Shown here piece after piece: positions 8,505-17,140 of a DNA stretch of 32,000 bases. The DNA comes from Rathayibacter tritici. Its GTDB lineage: Bacteria; Actinomycetota; Actinomycetes; Actinomycetales; Microbacteriaceae. Position 1 is the first letter of the stretch. Each line of letters begins with the position of its first letter. Below the pieces are notes generated by a model, which saw only the letters and a program-made list of their open reading frames with translations, was not told the origin of the DNA and did not search any database. Made by a program: the position numbers and the translations under genes. The stretch is from contig NZ_PSWS01000036.1 of NCBI RefSeq assembly GCF_002932875.1, forward strand, positions 56,026 through 88,025. Direction: 5' to 3'.

Positions 8505-9962
8505 GTGGTCGACGCCATCGTCGTTGGAGCGGGACCGAACGGCCTCGCCGCCGCGGTCACCCTCGCGCGAGCCGGGCTCGCGGTCACCGTCCTCGAGCGC
8601 AACGAGACGATCGGCGGCGGCGCGCGCACGGCCGAGCTGACGCTGCCCGGATTCCACCACGACGTCTGCTCGGCGGTGCACCCGATGGCGCTCGCGTCCG
8701 GATTCTTCCGCGCCTTCGGGCTCGACCGACGCATCGAGCTGGTCGTCCCCGAGATCTCCTACGCACATCCGCTCGACGGGGGTCGCGCGGGCATCGCCTA
8801 CCGCGACCTCGACCGCACGGCCGAGGCGCTGGGCCGCGACGGGGCGGCCTGGCGGGCGCTGATGGGGCCGCTCGCCGAGCGGGCCGACCGGGTGGCCGGC
8901 TTCACGAACGATGCACTGCTGCGGATCCCGACCGACCCGAGCGTGCTGATCCGTTTCGGACTGCGGGTGCTCGAGCAGGGCACGCCCGTGTGGAACCTGC
9001 GTTTTCGGGAGGAGGTCGCCCCGGCGATGTTCTCCGGGGTCGCGGCGCACTCGATCCGCCCGATGCCCAGCCCGTCGACGGCCGCCGCGGCCCTGGCGCT
9101 CGGCGCCTACGCCCACGCGCGGGGCTGGCCGGTTCCGGTCGGCGGGAGCCAGTCGATCGTCGACGCGCTCGCCCACGACCTGCGAGTGCACGGGGGCACC
9201 ATCGAGACCGGCGTCGAGGTGACCTCGCTCGCGCAGCTGCCTCCGGCCCGCGCCGTCCTCGTCGACGGCACACCGACGGCGCTACTCGCGATGGCGGGCG
9301 ATCGCCTGCCCGCCGCCTACGCCGCCGCCCTCCAGCGCTTCCGCTACGGCAACGGCGTGGCCAAGGTCGACTTCGCCCTCGACGGCCCCGTGCCGTGGAC
9401 GAACCCCGAGCTCGCCCGCGCGGGCACGCTGCACGTCGGCGGGAGCCGCGCCGAGATCGCGGCGGCCGAGCGCGACGTGAAGCGCGGCCGGCACAGCCGC
9501 AGCCCCTACGTTCTCGTCGCTCAACCCTCGATCGCCGACCCGACCCGGGCGCCCGAGGGCAGGCACGTGCTCTGGACGTACACGCACGTCCCGCGGTACT
9601 CGCCGGCCGACCAGCAGGAGGCGATCACCGCCCAGATCGAGCGCTTCGCCCCCGGGTTCCGCGACCGCGTGCTCGCCGCCTCCTCGATGACCGCCCGAGA
9701 CATGCAGGCCTACAACCCCAACTACCTGGGCGGAGACATCGCCGCCGGAGCCGCGAGCGTGGCGCAGCTGCTCTCCCGGCCGGTCCCCACGACCGACCCG
9801 TGGCGGACACCGGCGAAGGGGCTGTACCTCTGCTCGTCGTCCACGCCGCCCGGACCGGGCGTGCACGGTATGGCCGGTTGGCACGCCGCGCGCAGTGCGC
9901 TGCGACACGAGTTCGGGGTGAGCGAGTCGCCGGACCTCTCGCCCGAGGCGAGCCCGGTCTGA
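8505..9962 (+). CDS. NAD(P)/FAD-dependent oxidoreductase, phytoene-desaturase (CrtI)-like
   Basis: N-terminal dinucleotide fold VVGAGPNGLAAAVTLARAGLAVTVLERNETIGGG and ~485 aa length. SD GGAGGAGG lies just upstream. An alternative GTG at 8499 overlaps the SDR stop. Confidence 0.8.
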   Translation: MVDAIVVGAGPNGLAAAVTLARAGLAVTVLERNETIGGGARTAELTLPGFHHDVCSAVHPMALASGFFRAFGLDRRIELVVPEISYAHPLDGGRAGIAYRDLDRTAEALGRDGAAWRALMGPLAERADRVAGFTNDALLRIPTDPSVLIRFGLRVLEQGTPVWNLRFREEVAPAMFSGVAAHSIRPMPSPSTAAAALALGAYAHARGWPVPVGGSQSIVDALAHDLRVHGGTIETGVEVTSLAQLPPARAVLVDGTPTALLAMAGDRLPAAYAAALQRFRYGNGVAKVDFALDGPVPWTNPELARAGTLHVGGSRAEIAAAERDVKRGRHSRSPYVLVAQPSIADPTRAPEGRHVLWTYTHVPRYSPADQQEAITAQIERFAPGFRDRVLAASSMTARDMQAYNPNYLGGDIAAGAASVAQLLSRPVPTTDPWRTPAKGLYLCSSSTPPGPGVHGMAGWHAARSALRHEFGVSESPDLSPEASPV

Positions 9963-10037
9963 GGAGCCACCATCGCCGTCGCCGGCCTGCCAGGCTGGGA
10001 GCGGCCTCAGCCCCACCACTTCACGAAGGAGTCCGCG

Positions 10038-10637
10038 ATGTCCCGCACCACCCGCGTCGTCCACTGCCCGCCCGAGTCCGTGTTCGCGGTGCTCGCCTCC
10101 GGCTGGCTGTTCCCGAGCTGGGTCGTCGGCGCCTCCCGGATGCGGAAGGTCGACGCCGACTTCCCGCATGTCGGTTCGCGCCTGCACCACTCCTTCGGCC
10201 TGTGGCCGCTCGTGATCGATGACCGCACCACGGTCCTCGAGTGGGACCCGCCGCGACGGATGGTCATCCAGGCCGCCGGCTGGCCGCTCGGCGAGGCCCG
10301 CGTCCGCGTCGAGGTCGAGCCCCACGCGCGCGGCGCGAGGGTGCGGATGCACGAGGCGCCCGTGAAGGGGCCGGGCACGCTCATCCCCCAGCCGCTGATG
10401 CACGCGGGCCTGTGGCTCCGCAACCGCGAGGCGGTGCGTCGGCTCGCGCACCTGGCCGAGGCGGGAGCGGCGGGGCGCGCGCTGGCTCCGGCGTCGCTCC
10501 CGTCGCCGGCCGACCGCGAAGGCATCGACCGGCCCAAGCACATCATGGTGCGGCTCACGGGGGCGATCGGGTCGATCGCGGTCGGGGCGCTCGTGCTGCG
10601 CGGAGTGCTCGGGGCAGCACGGCGCGCCCGGCGCTGA
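10038..10637 (+). CDS. SRPBCC (polyketide cyclase/dehydrase-like) protein with C-terminal membrane anchor
   Basis: SD GAAGGAG precedes the ATG. The N-terminal block TTRVVHCPPESVFAVLASGWLFPSWV resembles SRPBCC ligand-binding domains. The C-terminal hydrophobic helix LTGAIGSIAVGALVLRGVLGA is followed by ARRARR. Confidence 0.65.
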   Translation: MSRTTRVVHCPPESVFAVLASGWLFPSWVVGASRMRKVDADFPHVGSRLHHSFGLWPLVIDDRTTVLEWDPPRRMVIQAAGWPLGEARVRVEVEPHARGARVRMHEAPVKGPGTLIPQPLMHAGLWLRNREAVRRLAHLAEAGAAGRALAPASLPSPADREGIDRPKHIMVRLTGAIGSIAVGALVLRGVLGAARRARR

Positions 10638-10643
10638 CAGCGG

Positions 10644-10961
10644 TCAGACGATCCGCTCGACCAGCCGCACGTGCTGCACCGCGACGCGCTGGGGCTCGCC
10701 CGCGAAAGCGGCGTCGCGCTCGGGGGACGCCAGGTAGGCCCGCTCGACCTCGGCGAACGCGTCGGCGTCGCCGGCCGTGCTCACCGCCCAGACGAACTCG
10801 TTCACCTCGCGGTCGGCGTAGGCGAACTCGATTCGGAAGCCGTGGGCCTCGCGCGCCGGCACGATCCGCGCGGGGAACCAGGCGAGGAAGTCGTCGAGCA
10901 CCCCGTCCATCAGCTCGTAGCGTCGGAGTTGGATCGTCCTGGTCTCGCCTGCGTCGCTCAT
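10644..10961 (-). CDS. Small alpha+beta protein, NIPSNAP / dimeric alpha-beta-barrel-like
   Basis: 105-aa high-GC3 ORF downstream of ppx on the same strand. The family call is weak and by pattern only. Confidence 0.5.
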   Translation of the reverse strand: MSDAGETRTIQLRRYELMDGVLDDFLAWFPARIVPAREAHGFRIEFAYADREVNEFVWAVSTAGDADAFAEVERAYLASPERDAAFAGEPQRVAVQHVRLVERIV

Positions 10962-11031
10962 CCTCCGACGGTACCGCTCCGGCGGGCGCGGTGTCGGTGC
11001 GCGGCGCTCGCCGCCGACGGTCGCGTGGAGG

Positions 11032-11970
11032 TCAGCCGAGGCCGAGGCCCAGGGCGATGCCGTCGAGGATGTCGTGGGCGCTCGAGCGGACCGAGGTCAC
11101 GGCCGGCGAGGCGTCCTGGACGGCGCGCAGGACCTCGCCCCAGATCAGCGCGCCGGCAGCGAGCACGTCCTCGCGACCCGCGCGGACCCAGGGCAGGGCC
11201 GCCGTCTCGGCGGGGGAGAGCGCGGCGAGTTCGTCGCAGGCGGCGAGCACGTCGGTCAGGGGAAGTGCGGTCTCGATCGCCGCGCGGTCGGTGCTGCGCA
11301 GGACGTGCGCGGTGACCGTCAGCACGGTCGCGGCGACGCCGACGACGCTCCGGGCGCGCGAGAGGTCGACGGAGGAGGCGGCCACCGCGGCGCGCACATC
11401 GGAGCGGATCGCCGCGCGCTCGCCAGCGGTCGGCGCGGCCTCGGCCGGGGCGGCAGCGCGACGGTGCCGCTCGGTCAGGCGAACGCTGCCCACCGCCATC
11501 GAGTGCGCCTGCTCCGGCTCGGCACCGCCGAGGACCAGCTCGGTGGACCCGCCGCCGAGGTCGACGACGAGCACGGGGCGGGCGGAGTCGACGGCCGAGA
11601 CCGCGCCGCGGAAGGAGAGCCGCGCCTCCTCCTCGCCGATGATCGTCTCGGGGACGACCCCGAGAATCCGCTCGACGGCGGCGAGGAAGTCGTCGCGGTC
11701 GGCGGCGTCGCGGGTGGCCGAGGTGGCGACGAAGCGGATGCGCTCGGCGCCGGCCTCCTGCGCGGCGGCCGCGTACTCGCGGGTGACGGCGAGGGTCCGC
11801 TCGAGCGCCCCCGGGTCGAAGCGGCCGGTGTGGTCCACGCCTCGGCCGAGTCGCACGAGTTCGGTGCGGCGGTGCACGTCGCGGAGGCGGCCGCCCTCGA
11901 CATCGGCGATCAGCAGGCGGAGCGAGTTGGTGCCGCAGTCGAACGCCGCGACGCGCGTGAGGGTGGCCAT
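11032..11970 (-). CDS. Ppx/GppA-family exopolyphosphatase / pppGpp phosphohydrolase
   Basis: Actin-like ATPase motifs AAFDCGTNSLRLLIA and VVDLGGGSTELV. 312 aa. Confidence 0.85.
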   Translation of the reverse strand: MATLTRVAAFDCGTNSLRLLIADVEGGRLRDVHRRTELVRLGRGVDHTGRFDPGALERTLAVTREYAAAAQEAGAERIRFVATSATRDAADRDDFLAAVERILGVVPETIIGEEEARLSFRGAVSAVDSARPVLVVDLGGGSTELVLGGAEPEQAHSMAVGSVRLTERHRRAAAPAEAAPTAGERAAIRSDVRAAVAASSVDLSRARSVVGVAATVLTVTAHVLRSTDRAAIETALPLTDVLAACDELAALSPAETAALPWVRAGREDVLAAGALIWGEVLRAVQDASPAVTSVRSSAHDILDGIALGLGLG

Positions 11971-12041
11971 CCGCCCATTCTGCCCGCGCGGCCGGGCCGC
12001 GAGGCGGGCGATAGCCTAGGGGCGAGAGCAAGGAGCCGCCC

Positions 12042-13565
12042 GTGCACGAACACCACGTCCGCGTTCACCGCAGCGAGGAGGAGCTTCCCCGACACGGGCA
12101 GCTCGCCCACGCGCTCGCCGAGGTTGCCGCCGATCCGGTCGAGATCGATGCCGAGGTCGCCGAGATGGTGGTCAACCGCGTGATCGACAATGCCGCCGTC
12201 GCCACCGCATCGCTCCTGCGCCGCCCCGTCGTCGCCGCCCGCGCTCAGGCGCTCGCGCACCCCGCCTCCATCGGCGGGCAGGGGTCGGTCGTCCTCGGCG
12301 TCGATCCGGCCCGCCGCGTCTCGCCGGAGTGGGCGGCCTGGGCCAACGGAGTCGCCGTGCGCGAGCTCGACTACCACGACACGTTCCTCGCGGCCGAGTA
12401 CTCGCACCCCGGCGACAACATCCCTCCGCTGATCGCCGTCGCCCAGCACGCCGGTATCGGCGGTGCGCAGCTCGTGCGCGGCATCGTCACCGGCTATGAG
12501 GTCCAGGTCGACCTCGTCCGCGCGATCAGCCTGCATCAGCACAAGATCGACCACGTCGCGCACCTCGGCCCGTCGGCCGCCGCCGGGATCAGCACACTGC
12601 TCGGCCTCGATGTCGCGACGACGGAGCAGGCGATCGCGCAGGCGTTGCACACCACGACCGCCACCCGGCAGTCGCGCAAGGGCGAGATCTCGAGCTGGAA
12701 GGCGTACGCGCCGGCCTTCGCCGGGAAGATGGCGGTCGAGGCGGTCGACCGGGCGATGCGCGGCGAGACCAGCCCCTCGCCGATCTACGAGGGCGAGGAC
12801 GGCGTGATCGCCTGGCTGCTCGACGGCGCCGAGGCGAGCTACGACGTGCCGCTGCCCGATCGCGGTGAGGCCAAGCGCGCGATCCTCGACACGTACACGA
12901 AGGAGCACTCGGCCGAGTACCAGGCCCAGGCGCTGATCGACCTCGCCCGCCGCCTGCACCGCACGCACCCCGAGGCCGCCGATCCGGAGCGCGTGGAGCG
13001 GATCGTCCTGCACACCTCGCAGCACACCCACGTCGTGATCGGTTCGGGCGCGAACGACCCGCAGAAGTACGACCCGAGCGCCTCGCGCGAGACGCTGGAC
13101 CACTCCGTGCCGTACATCTTCACGGTGGCGCTGCAGGATGGCGCCTGGCACCACGTGCACAGCTACGCCCCCGAGCGCGCCGCCCGCGCCGACACGATCG
13201 CGCTCTGGCACCGGGTGAGCACCCGGGAGGACGCGGAGTGGACGCGCCGCTACCACTCCGCCGACCCGAGCGAGAAGGCGTTCGGCGCGCGCGTCGAGAT
13301 CCTGATGACGGACGGCACGACGATCGTCGACGAGATCGCGGTGGCGGATGCGCATCCGCTCGGGGCGCACCCGTTCAGCCGCGAGCAGTACGTCGCGAAG
13401 TTCCGCACGCTCGCATCCGACGTGCTCGAAGAGCCCGAGATCGAGCGATTCCTCGATCTCGCCCAGCGCCTGCCCGAGCTGACCCCGGAGGAGGTCGGCC
13501 GCCTCAGCGTGATCGCGGCGCCCGGCGTCCTCGCCTCCGTCGAGCCTCCGCGCGGCCTGTTCTGA
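12042..13565 (+). CDS. prpD: MmgE/PrpD-family protein (2-methylcitrate dehydratase-like)
   Basis: 507 aa with conserved blocks [23 protein letters not shown] and [30 protein letters not shown] precedes the GTG. No prpB or prpC is present in the window. Confidence 0.8.
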   Translation: MHEHHVRVHRSEEELPRHGQLAHALAEVAADPVEIDAEVAEMVVNRVIDNAAVATASLLRRPVVAARAQALAHPASIGGQGSVVLGVDPARRVSPEWAAWANGVAVRELDYHDTFLAAEYSHPGDNIPPLIAVAQHAGIGGAQLVRGIVTGYEVQVDLVRAISLHQHKIDHVAHLGPSAAAGISTLLGLDVATTEQAIAQALHTTTATRQSRKGEISSWKAYAPAFAGKMAVEAVDRAMRGETSPSPIYEGEDGVIAWLLDGAEASYDVPLPDRGEAKRAILDTYTKEHSAEYQAQALIDLARRLHRTHPEAADPERVERIVLHTSQHTHVVIGSGANDPQKYDPSASRETLDHSVPYIFTVALQDGAWHHVHSYAPERAARADTIALWHRVSTREDAEWTRRYHSADPSEKAFGARVEILMTDGTTIVDEIAVADAHPLGAHPFSREQYVAKFRTLASDVLEEPEIERFLDLAQRLPELTPEEVGRLSVIAAPGVLASVEPPRGLF

Positions 13566-14718
13566 GCCCCCGCGCGGCCTGATCCGGTCCCTGACCCGGC
13601 TGTTCCGGTCGCTCACTCGGCAGGATGACGCGCACGAGGAGCCCGCCCTCCTCGCGGGCCGTGAGTGTCAGGCGGCCCCCGTGGGCCGCGACGATCCGCG
13701 AGACGATCGCCAGGCCGAGACCGGTGCCCGTGTGGCCCCCATCCGTGCGGCGGGTGCGGGTACCGCCCCGCACGAACGGCTCCAGCAGGGTCGGCAGCGT
13801 CGTCGGGTCGATCGCGGAACCGCTGTTCTCGACGGTGACGACCGCTCCCTCCGCGCTCTGCTCCGTCCGGAGCACGACGAACCCCGCCGAAACGTTGTGC
13901 ACGATCGCGTTGTGCAGCAGGTTCGTCATCAGCTGGAGTAGCAGCGACGTGGATCCGAGTGCGGAGCACGGCTCGACCTGCAGGCGGAGGGAGACGCCGC
14001 CGCGCTCGGCGAGGGTGAGGACGCTGTCGCGTGCCTCCTCCGCGAGCAGCGACAGATCGAGGGTCTCCGCCTCGGGTACGGGGCGGTCGGCCCGACTCAA
14101 CTGCAGGAGGGCCTCGACCAGGTCGATCGAGCGGGCGGTGACGGAGGACAGATCAGCGAGCAGGTGGTCCATGTCGGGGGACGTGTCGCGCCGGGCGACG
14201 TCGAGCATCGTCTTCGTGATGGTCAGCGGCGTGCGGAGCTCGTGCGAGGCGTTCGCGGCGAACCGCTCCTGCTCGCGGACGTGCGCCTCGGTCTGCTCGA
14301 GCATCGCGTTGAAGGCCTCGGCCAACTCGTCGAACTCGTCCCGCGACGGCATGTCCGCGACCCGGTGCGAGTAGCCGTCCGCGGCGACCAGCCGGGCGAC
14401 GCGGGTGAGCTCGTCCAGCGGCGCGAGGATCCTCCTGGCCAGGAGCCAGCCGCCGACGGTCCCGGCGATCAGGAGGAGCACGATCACCCCGGCGGCGACC
14501 GGAACGAAGGCGCTGAGCAGCTCGGTGCGGTTGGGGACGAAGATCTGCTCGTTCGTGCGCTGCGAGTACGAGACGAAGTACTCGTCGGTGATGTAGCGCA
14601 GGAGGAAGAGTGACATCGCCCCCAGAAGCCCGGTGACCGCCAGCCCGAGCAGCAGGACGTAGCTGAGCGTCAGGCGCGTGCGGATGCTGATCGAGCGAGG
14701 CCGACGGGCCGGCGCCAC
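13504..14718 (-). CDS. vanS: Sensor histidine kinase, VanS-like
   Basis: Two N-terminal TM helices flank a ~30-aa loop. HAMP domain, H-box [11 protein letters not shown] box LLHNAIVHN and G box GTGLGLAIV are present. The GTG start lies 1 nt after the vanR stop. The last ~37 codons are low-complexity and overlap the prpD 3' end. Confidence 0.8.
   Translation of the reverse strand: MAPARRPRSISIRTRLTLSYVLLLGLAVTGLLGAMSLFLLRYITDEYFVSYSQRTNEQIFVPNRTELLSAFVPVAAGVIVLLLIAGTVGGWLLARRILAPLDELTRVARLVAADGYSHRVADMPSRDEFDELAEAFNAMLEQTEAHVREQERFAANASHELRTPLTITKTMLDVARRDTSPDMDHLLADLSSVTARSIDLVEALLQLSRADRPVPEAETLDLSLLAEEARDSVLTLAERGGVSLRLQVEPCSALGSTSLLLQLMTNLLHNAIVHNVSAGFVVLRTEQSAEGAVVTVENSGSAIDPTTLPTLLEPFVRGGTRTRRTDGGHTGTGLGLAIVSRIVAAHGGRLTLTAREEGGLLVRVILPSERPEQPGQGPDQAARGLRTGRAEARRRRGRRAPRSR
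13548..13581. repeat. 12-mer CCGCGCGGCCTG duplicated at a 22-bp offset, straddling the prpD stop codon
   Basis: Copies at 13548-13559 and 13570-13581. The prpD TGA is at 13563-13565. Confidence 0.85.
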
Positions 14719-14719
14719 G

Positions 14720-15412
14720 TCAGCTCCGCCGGGTCTCGGCGGACTCGGGGGTGCGCGGCGCGATCCGGTAGCCCGAGCCGGGCACGGTGCCGATCAGCGA
14801 CGGGTCGGGGAGTCGCTTGCGCAGGCCGGAGATCGTGATCCTGATCGCGTTGGTGAACGGATCGGCGTTCTCGTCCCATGCCCGCTCCAGCAGCTCCTCG
14901 GCGCTGACGACACCGCCGTCGGCCTCCGCGAGGACGTGCAGGACGGCGAACTGCTTGCGGGTCAGGGCGACGAAGCGGCCGTCGAGGAAGACCTCGCGGC
15001 GGAACGGATCGATCCGCAGTCCATCCCGCTCGTACACGGGAGGACGGGCCTGCCTGCGGCGCCGGGCGAGAGCCCGCACGCGCAGGACGAGTTCGCGCAG
15101 CTCGAAGGGCTTCGTGAGGTAGTCGTCGGCGCCGATCTCGAAGCCGCTCTCCTTGTCCAGGAGGCGATCGGCCGCGGTGAGCATGATGATCGGCGTCCCC
15201 GAACCGGAGGCGACGATAGCGCGGGCGACATCGTCGCCCGACGGGCCCGGGACGTCACGGTCGAGGAGTGCGACGTCGTACACCGTCGTCTCCAGGAGCG
15301 CGAGCGCCTGGTGTCCGTCGGCGGCGATGTCCGACGCGATCGCCTCGAGCCGGAGGCCGTCGCTGATCGACCGGGAGAGGAAGGGTTCGTCTTCGACGAT
15401 CAGGACCCGCAT
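14720..15412 (-). CDS. vanR: OmpR/PhoB-family response regulator, actinomycete VanR-like
   Basis: Receiver MRVLIVEDEP...DVALLDRDVPGPSGD...MLTAADRL...DDYLTKPF plus a winged-helix C-terminus (TRKQFAVL...TVPGSGYRI). It strongly resembles Streptomyces VanR as I recall it. Start chosen at MRVLIVEDE (15412), not the 15460 ATG. Confidence 0.85.
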   Translation of the reverse strand: MRVLIVEDEPFLSRSISDGLRLEAIASDIAADGHQALALLETTVYDVALLDRDVPGPSGDDVARAIVASGSGTPIIMLTAADRLLDKESGFEIGADDYLTKPFELRELVLRVRALARRRRQARPPVYERDGLRIDPFRREVFLDGRFVALTRKQFAVLHVLAEADGGVVSAEELLERAWDENADPFTNAIRITISGLRKRLPDPSLIGTVPGSGYRIAPRTPESAETRRS

Positions 15413-15503
15413 CGGTGAACCGTAGACCGCGCAGGCTGCCATCCCTCGTCTGCGGCGCATCCCGATCCGTCGCTGTCGTGCCGGGGCGGCAGGGCGCAGG
15501 ATG

Positions 15504-16112
15504 TCACGTGATCGGGAAGTCGAAGTAGTGGTCGGGAAAGGGCTCGCCGGCGAGCGTGTAGTGCCACCACTCCTGCGGATACGGGTGGAAGCCGCTGTCG
15601 AGCATGATGGCGCAGAGGATCCGCCGGTTGTCCGCGGCGACGGGCCCTACCTCCTCGGTCGCGTGATGCGAGGTCTCGTCCATCAGATCGTGCCGACCGC
15701 CCATGTCCAGCAGCAATCCGCTCGCGGAGTCGACGAGGGTGAGATCGAGCGAGCCGCCGCGGGTGTGCCCCGAGGAGCAGGCGATGTAGCCCTGCTCGAG
15801 CATTGCGGCGCGGCTGATGCGCGGGTGGAAGACGCTCTTGGCGCGCGGGCACTCCGGCTCCTGCGCCCACCGGATGAAGTGGTCGACGGCGCGCTGAGGG
15901 CGGTAGGCGTCCCAGACGAGCAGCCCCAGTCCGCGCTCGGCGGCCCGGCCCTGCGCCTCCTGCAGCGCCGCCGCCACCGCCGCGGTCGTCACGACCCGAT
16001 CGGTTGCATATCCGTCGACCGGGCCGCCGGTGAAGTTATCGGAGCCGGCGTACTTCGCGTCCCAGAGCACGGAGTCGACGGCGTCGTCGAGGTAGACGAA
16101 TCCCGGGCTCAT
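15504..16112 (-). CDS. vanX: D-alanyl-D-alanine dipeptidase VanX
   Basis: Motifs WDAKYAGSDNFTG, WDAYRPQRAV, SGHTRGGSLDLTL and EWWHY, with the C-terminus YFDFPIT. The ATG overlaps the ligase stop (ATGA). Confidence 0.92.
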   Translation of the reverse strand: MSPGFVYLDDAVDSVLWDAKYAGSDNFTGGPVDGYATDRVVTTAAVAAALQEAQGRAAERGLGLLVWDAYRPQRAVDHFIRWAQEPECPRAKSVFHPRISRAAMLEQGYIACSSGHTRGGSLDLTLVDSASGLLLDMGGRHDLMDETSHHATEEVGPVAADNRRILCAIMLDSGFHPYPQEWWHYTLAGEPFPDHYFDFPIT

Positions 16113-17140
16113 CGGGTCATCGCCAGCTGGACGCTGCGGTCGATCAGGTCGGAGACGCCGAGGCCGGCGGCGGCCATCATCCGGGGGTACCGGCTGTAGG
16201 AGGTGAACCCGGGCAGGGTGTTGACCTCGTTCAGGACCACGCGCCCATCCTCGAGCAGGAACATGTCCACGCGGGCCAGGCCCCGGCAGCCGAGCGCCCG
16301 GTACAGCGCTTTCGCCCGCTCCTGGATCGACGCCCGCTGCGCCTCGGGGAGGTCGGCCGGGACGGTGATGGAGGAGTTGACCGACCCCTTCTCCGGCTCC
16401 GCCTCCTGGTGGATGCGGAAGAGCCCGTGCTCCAGGCGGATCTGGTCCACCTCGCCGACGACCAGGTCGTCTCCGTCGCCGAGGACGGCGCAGCCCACCT
16501 CCGAGCCGAGCACCTGCTCCTCGATCAGCACCTTCTGGTCGTACTGGCGGGCAAGGGCGATTGCCTCGTCGAGGCGCTCGGCGGACTCGACCTTCGTGAC
16601 TCCGAACGAGGAGCCCGAGCGCGCCGGCTTCACGAAGACGGGGAAGCTCAGGCTGGCCGCATCGACGCTGTCGCCCGGGTGCACGACGGTGAACGCCGGC
16701 ACGGGCATGCCGGCCTGCGCCGCGACGGTGTAGGCGAGCGACTTGTCCATGCACACCACCGAGCCCTGGATGTCGCAGCCGACGTAGGGGACGCCGGAGA
16801 GTTCGAGCAGGCCCTGGATGGAGCCGTCCTCGCCTCCCGTGCCGTGCAGGACGGGGAGGACGACGTCGACTCCGACCCGACGGAAGGTGCCCTCGTCCTC
16901 GACCAGCAGGCCGCGGGTCCCGCGGTCGGGGGAGATCACTGCGGCGCGGCCGTGCTGCGACTCCCAGTCGGGGCGCGGGCCCTCGCAGAGCCGCCACTCG
17001 CCGCGGCGGGTGATCCCGATCCACAGGGCGTCGTACCGGTCCGGGTCCAGTGCGGCGGTGATCTCGAATGCCGACTTGACGGAGACGTCGTGCTCCTCGG
17101 AGCAGCCGCCGAACAGGATGGCGATGGTCGTCTTAGACAT
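16109..17140 (-). CDS. vanA: D-alanine--(R)-lactate ligase, VanA/VanB type
   Basis: 343 aa of the Ddl family. The block EVDQIRLEHGLFRIHQEAEPEKGS...ITVPA and the C-terminus RVDMFL..GRVVLNEVNTLPGFTSYSRYPRMMAAAG match my recollection of VanA, including the His-containing omega-loop. Confidence 0.9.
   Translation of the reverse strand: MSKTTIAILFGGCSEEHDVSVKSAFEITAALDPDRYDALWIGITRRGEWRLCEGPRPDWESQHGRAAVISPDRGTRGLLVEDEGTFRRVGVDVVLPVLHGTGGEDGSIQGLLELSGVPYVGCDIQGSVVCMDKSLAYTVAAQAGMPVPAFTVVHPGDSVDAASLSFPVFVKPARSGSSFGVTKVESAERLDEAIALARQYDQKVLIEEQVLGSEVGCAVLGDGDDLVVGEVDQIRLEHGLFRIHQEAEPEKGSVNSSITVPADLPEAQRASIQERAKALYRALGCRGLARVDMFLLEDGRVVLNEVNTLPGFTSYSRYPRMMAAAGLGVSDLIDRSVQLAMTR

Noticed and set aside
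10241-13616. Long ORFs antisense or off-frame to ppx and prpD (10241..12019 plus, 10958..12031 minus, 11910..13616 minus)
   Set aside because: They have Arg/Ala/Pro-rich junk composition. The chosen frames carry Ppx/GppA and MmgE/PrpD motifs.
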